Below, piece after piece: positions 57,808-64,000 of a stretch of 64,000 bases of DNA. Made by a program: the position numbers and the translations under genes. Below the pieces are notes generated by a model. The model was not told the DNA's origin and ran no database searches. It saw only the letters and a program-made list of their open reading frames with translations. The DNA lies in NCBI RefSeq assembly GCF_009914755.1, contig NC_060931.1, one strand, 5' to 3'. The stretch's first letter is position 1. Every line of letters starts with the position of its first letter. This stretch comes from the human T2T-CHM13v2.0 reference genome, Homo sapiens.

Positions 57808-58256
57808 CAGACAGATCAACAGTCAGCCATAAAGAGATTTATTATAACAAATTGGTTCAAAGATTATGGAAAATAAGAGGTCCCAAAATCTGCAATGGGC
57901 AAACAGGTGACCCTGGAGAACCAATGGTGATGGTCCAGGCCAAATGCCAGCAGGCTCAGGACTCAAGAAGAGCTAATATTTCCATCCACATCCAGTCCAG
58001 AAAAGACCAATGTCCCAGCTTAAATCAGGGAGGAGAGGTTCTCTGCCTTACTCAGCCTTTTTGTTCTATTTAGATCTTCAGTTTGTTGGATGAGACCTAC
58101 CTGCATGAGGGAGGGCAATCTGTATTACTCAGTTTACTGATTCAAAAGTTAATCTCATCCAGAAACACCCTCCCAGACAGAGTCAGTACAGTATTTGGCC
58201 AGATGTCTAGGCACTGCACAGCCCAGTAAAGGTGAAACATAAAATTAACTATCACA
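57709..58256 (-). mobile_element. MLT2 (ERVL) LTR containing a GATA STR
   Basis: TGTATTAGTCAGGGTTCT...CATAAAATTAACTATCACA termini; near-TSD aaatt/acatt. Confidence 0.85.
57750..57816 (+). repeat. (GATA)12(GACA)2 tetranucleotide STR
   Basis: Direct reading of the sequence. Confidence 0.97.
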
Positions 58257-58892
58257 ACATTTAAATATAGCTACTGAATTAACTAGGTTGAGTAAATCTG
58301 GGATTTGGGGCTGTCAGAAGACCAAAGTGCCAAACAGCAAGTTGGAATGCCAAATGACAACCCAACTCCAGGGCTCAGATGCCTAAATAACTGGAGGAAA
58401 CATTCAATAACCTAGCTGGAGTAAACTCTTCAGCAATTTTGTCTGCTGCCCACTGACTGGCCCTCAAAGGTCAGTAGATCACGGCTCCAACTTCATTGCC
58501 GATACTTGGAGAACTATAAATGAGAGAGAAAATGCTCTAAGCCACCAGACAAAGCATCCCATGGTGAGAGGGATGTTTTGTTTTATTTTCTTTTAATCAT
58601 ATAACCTTACCTTGTTGGTGCATTTTAAAAGAAAAAATGATGAAGCCTCCCAGCTAGCCTCAGCCAACACTGATAAAAATGTGTAACTGAGACTCACACT
58701 GGGAAATGGGTAGGTAAACAGAAAAGCGTAGTTGCTAGAAGCACTAAAACCTCAATTAATGAGATTAACGAAAGTAAGCCTTCATCCTATGGTACTCTTA
58801 ATAGGAACACAAGTCACAAGATAAGGAAAGGTGCTAATAATGCTGAGTGCCCATGTGCCACACTGTGCCCAGCCCTTTAAAGACATAAATCC

Positions 58893-59295
<403 letters not shown>

Positions 59296-59784
59296 TTATA
59301 TGACCTTGGCGAGCCTTTCTCTTTAAGGACAGAGAAATCATATAAGTGATTATATTTGTCCTTCATTAAAAATAATAGGAAACTCAAATTCTAATGATCT
59401 TAACACAATCCCTGCTCATGGATTTTATTTAATCTCTATTTTTTTCTTTGGTTCTTGCAAGCCACATCAAATCCTTCGTGAATCAAAGTAAAGAAAGATA
59501 AGTAGAAAGGTAGACACACAGGACATCTGGACTGACAATCCACATTTAACTGATTCCAAAGCTCTTACTCTTTTTACTTTATTACGTTGGAGATATTTAG
59601 CTGAACAAAGTTTTTGTTTTGTTGGAGTTTCTGTTTATGCACCCTGTGGACTTTCTAGGGTACATCCAGACATATATCTTGGGCCTGCAGCAGGCCTTCA
59701 AGTAATTTCCTCTGGGATCATCCCCATCATCTCTCTTCTATCACCTTGACTATATATTTGAAATTTTTCATTTGAAATGCTGAG

Positions 59785-60000
59785 GATTCACAGGGAAAGA
59801 AAGTAGAATGGTGGCAGCCAGGGGCTGAGGAGGAGGACAGGAGTCTCAGTTTAGGATGATTTTTAAAGTTCTGAAGATGGATAGAGGTGATGGTTGCACA
59901 ATAGTGTGAATGTAGTTAATGCCACTGAATTGTATACTCAAAAGGTTAAAATAGTAAATTCTATGTTATATATATTTTGCCACATTAAAAATAAATAATT
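59785..60000 (+). mobile_element. Old L1 (L1MB-like) 3' end
   Basis: gaaagtagaatggtgg...gttctgaagatggatagaggtgatggttgcacaatagtgtgaatgtagttaatgccactgaattgta. Confidence 0.8.
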
Positions 60001-62315
60001 TTAAAATGTTGGGGGACAGCAATTAATTATTCTGAAAATTTGCTATAGCAACAATGGTTACTCTTGACAATACACAGAAAAGATGAAACAAAAGTAGAGA
60101 GATTTACAAATATTGTTATATAAACATGAAAAAAATGAAGTAAAATACACTAAATAAGCCAGACCCCAAAAATAGTTTATTTTCTAAAAAAGAAAGTTAT
60201 ACACAGATTATTTGCTTTCAATAATAGAAAGTACCTACAGGAGTAAATGTTATCTTTGCCATTATAAAGAACCTTCAGGGGAATGAGGAAATAGGATGTT
60301 ACTTCTAAGAATTTCCAATACATAACTGTGTGCTGTTCCTCAAAGCACTGTCTTCACCTATGTCTTACTCCTCCGTGTTAATGTTGTCATCTAGAAGAAA
60401 AATGTTGGATTAAGAGATATTCCAGGTCCTTTTCACCTCTAACATTTTATATTTTTGCCATCTTTTTCATGTTCTGTACAAGTCCTTGTACATTATACAG
60501 TTAGATAATGAGGACATTAACTAATTAAAAACCCAACAAACCTACCTCTCTGGATTCCTTTTATTTGCAAATCAAGTCGGAACTCCTTGGCATGGCAAAG
60601 AAGGCCTCCCATGCCTACAGTTCCAGCCTCCTCATCTCCCATCACTCTTACGTTTCCTAGACTATAATCATATGCCTTTACTCAAGTGCACCATACACCA
60701 TGCCTTTACATATGCTCTTTCCATGGGCCAGAGGCCCCTGCAATGCCTCCTCTCTCCCAACACCCACTCTCTACATGGGTACCCATTCCTCTGCTTTACT
60801 CTGACATTTCCTTCAACCTAACTCAATTATCACCCCTTCAGTGAGCTCCTCTCTGACCTTCACTTTCCCATGCCCCCACCCCTCATTGTCAGCATCACCA
60901 ACATAAAAGCAGTTGTTGTACCTTCTACATCCCCGTTTTCTACTTTCAACTATCCACTGCACTCACATTGAAAAAAAGCATTTTTTGGTAATATGCTTAT
61001 CCCCACAGCAAGTGAATCTGTGTCAGAGAAGAGTCCCTTAGACTCCATCCCATGCCCAGTGTCTAGCATAGCACAGGTAGTGCATGGCAACTTTTCAGTT
61101 TTTATTGACAGTATAGAAGAAAGGAAGGGAGGGAAGAATGAAGGAAATCAACATTTCTATATGTCCCAACAAACTCCAGGCTGTTTTACTATGACATTTC
61201 TAAAGAATAATTTCTTATTTGTAAAAATAAGTGGAATAAATTCTGCTATGCTTGAGAGAAAAATAAATCCATAGTTCTAGTTGTCCCCATTAGTCATCCA
61301 GTGCCATAAATTAAACTTTTGCCTGGTGGCATATTAATCTACTTTCCCTTAAATTACACACTCATGCCATATGCTTTAAGCTACCAATCTCTATTAAATT
61401 AAGGAAATAGTAAAGATGATATGGAAAATCATTCAAGAAAATTACTTGAATTTTTCAGAAAGCCATGTAATTACTTCAGTCCTGGCTAAGGCAGTGTAAA
61501 TGCCGTTAGAGTCAAACATTGATCAGCCTTCCCCTTTAACTTAGACTGACTCATTCATAACCCACCTACTTACCACAATAAGAATGCCCAATAAATCAGC
61601 CCAAAACATCAAATGGTATCTGAGGCAATGCATGAGATGACCACGTGTACCTATACACACACATGTGCATACACACAGATATGTACACACCTGTTTTCCT
61701 GCTCCTGAATTTCTCTTTGATGAAAAATTTAGACCCAAGCTGCACTCCAACTGAAGGCCAGATGTGTTTCCATGTTCTCCCTAGTATTCAAACAAGTGTG
61801 CCAGAGGAAAAAAAAAGAACTGGACAAACATGCCTGTAAGAAAGGGTTGATTCAATTCACCATCACTTTGGCCTAAATACAACTACTGGAATTTCCACAT
61901 AGCACAGTAGATCAGACCCATTGAATGTTTTGGTCACCTTTGATGTCACTTCCCACACTGACCCCCCTTGCTAAATATGGGACCACCATACTGGAAATTA
62001 AGAAGCAAGACCCAGATCTAAATTTGCTTGCCCCCTCAATATAAGTTGTTCTTTTCCTTGTTCATTTCTAAAACATTCTTTTGAAAATTATAGCAAAAGG
62101 AGGTCAACCTGTCACATCAAACACAGATGTGACATCAACCAGCAAAGTTCTTCTCACAGGGATTCCCCACACGTGGCCTTAAAAGTAATGATAAAAATTT
62201 GATTTGGGTAATACCGGATACCCAAGATATATTTCTTGGCCAAGGACAATTGAAAGTTGGTTGTGTGTTTGGATTTCTGGATTCTTTGAAACCATGACCT
62301 ATAATTCAAGGTATT

Positions 62316-62782
62316 TACTATGGTTTGGAAGTTTTGTTCCCTCCAAATCTCATGTTGAAATATAATCTCCAATGTTGGAAGTGGGTCTGGTGGGAGGTTT
62401 TTGGGTCATGGGGATGGATCCCTCATGTATGACTTGGTGCTGTCCCCATGGTAATGAGTGAGTTCTCACTCTGGTAGTTCACTTGAAAGCTGGTTGTATA
62501 AAAGAGCCTTATACAACCTCTCCTGCTCCCACTCTCACCATGTGACATGCTAGCTCCCCCTTTGCCTTACACAATGATTGGAAGCTTCCTAAAGCATCAC
62601 CAGGAGCAGATGTTAGCACAATGCTTCTTAGCCTGCAGAACCGTGAGCCAAAAATAAACCTCTTTTCTTTATAAATTTCCCAGTCTCTGGTATTCCTTTA
62701 TAGTGACACAAACAGACTAACATAGAAAATTGGTACAAAGTAGTGGGGCATTTCTATAAAGATACCTGAAGATGTGGAAGCA
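62316..62782 (+). mobile_element. MST (MSTB-like MaLR) LTR plus start of internal region
   Basis: tactatggtttgga...ccaaatctcatgttgaaat...aaaataaacctcttttctttataaatt...gactaaca, then agaaaattggtac...ataaagatacctgaagatgtggaagca (MST-int start). Confidence 0.88.
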
Positions 62783-63112
62783 TAGTGCCAGTATTTGCTT
62801 CTGTGGGGGCCTCAGGAAAGTTACAATCATGATGGAAGGTGAAGGAGGAGCCAGTGTGTCACATGGCAATAGAGTGAGTGAGGGAATAGAGTGAGGGTGA
62901 GAGAAAGAGAGAGATACCAGGCTCCTTGAAACAACCAGATTACACATGAACTCACAGAGTGAGAACACACTTATTACTGTGAGAATAGCACCAAGCTATT
63001 CTTGAGGGATCTGCCCCCATGACCCAAATATTTCCCACTAGGCCCATCTTCAACATTGAAGGTCACATTTCAACATGAGATTTGGTGGAGACAAAACATC
63101 GAAACCCTATCA
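62776..63112 (-). mobile_element. Second MST LTR, inverted, lacking its 3' end
   Basis: Reverse complement begins TGATAGGGTTTCGATGTTTTGTCTCCACCAAATCTCATGTTGAAATG, homologous to the + strand LTR. Confidence 0.88.
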
Positions 63113-64000
63113 GTATTCTTGAAGATCTTATAGTAGTTAGAAAGGCAGAATCCTTCTTCCGTCTTGTTTGTTCCCTCAAACCACATTGACTGAGGCCCTC
63201 CTGGGTACACACTTAAAAAAGAGCATGGTTTCTTTGAGGTTTCTTGGGAATGGAAAGAAACCTCAAAGAACATCATCCAGAGTGATATACTGGAGGTCTA
63301 CTAGTTTTTTTGCTTGGCATATTTGGGTTCAAATCCCTATTCTGCCACTCAGCTGCCATGCCCTTGGCAAGCTATTTAACCTCCCTGAAACTCAGCTTCC
63401 TTATCTGTGAAGTGACAGTAATAATACTATCCTCAAAGGGTTGTTACAAGAATGAGGTTAGCAAACCTATATAAAGCACCTGGCATGATGCCTCCCTCAT
63501 TAAATGTCAATTCCCTTCCCTGCTTTCTTTCCTATCTAGGAAGAGGCAATTGTCCAGGAAAAATAAAACTCATTCCTGGGAGGTCTGGAGTGACAACTGC
63601 TTCTACAGCATGGCACACTGCCAAATGGGAGACAAAGGCACAAAGGATGACTTTTGAGGTGAATGCTGTTTAGTCTTTGTGTTCCTGGTGTTGTCTCCTG
63701 GAGACTAATGGCAGAGGCACTGGCCACTTGCCTGCTCCCAAGAGCAGGCCATGGAGAAGCTGGTTTATTATGGGCATTTTGCACTCTGTACATGCATACA
63801 CGGAGGCCTCTCAGCTCTCCCTTGGCCTCGGTGGCATTGCTTCACATAGAGAAGCCAGAATTGTGAGGCTTCCCCAGATGACTTAGGAGTGCATGACAAC
63901 CCACATAAAACCATATTCTATTCAATAGAGAGAGAGGGGCTCCTGCTTTGGCCAGCTGAAACTCAGTTGCCACTTACAAATAAGGGAGAATTCCTTGGGC

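Overview
Primate, almost certainly human, genomic DNA from the 5' region of PDE1C (Ca2+/calmodulin-dependent phosphodiesterase 1C), which is transcribed on the - strand. The gene is identified from two coding exons the ORF track misses. A 101-nt first coding exon (31329-31229) reads MESPTKEIEEFESNSLKYLQPEQIEKIWLRLRG-L, and a 27-nt microexon (12514-12488) reads L-RKYKKTSQ-R; together they match the PDE1C N-terminus as I recall it. A CpG-island promoter with several alternative 5'-UTR splice donors lies at about 31.2-32.45 kb. The rest is intronic or upstream sequence, probably intronic to longer PDE1C isoforms that start outside the window (recalled, not visible here). It is rich in repeats: a full-length ~6.16-kb L1PA3/PA4-type LINE-1 (ORF1 broken, ORF2 truncated at 904 aa, antisense ORF0 open), seven Alus including a consensus-like AluY, MaLR/ERVL LTRs, DNA-transposon MITEs, MIR/L2 fragments and microsatellites. 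Nearly all short ORFs in the track are spurious. I cannot demonstrate a new biological system here. The best leads are: (i) the microexon inserting 9 basic residues into the first calmodulin-binding helix; (ii) an L1 antisense promoter/ORF0 pointing at the PDE1C start exon; (iii) a strong-Kozak uORF removable by 5'-UTR splicing; (iv) a possible 90-nt in-frame cassette exon; (v) a possible spliced divergent lncRNA; (vi) two inverted MST LTRs flanked by a single 5-bp target-site duplication. Repeat family names come from recalled consensus sequences, and boundaries of old repeats are approximate.
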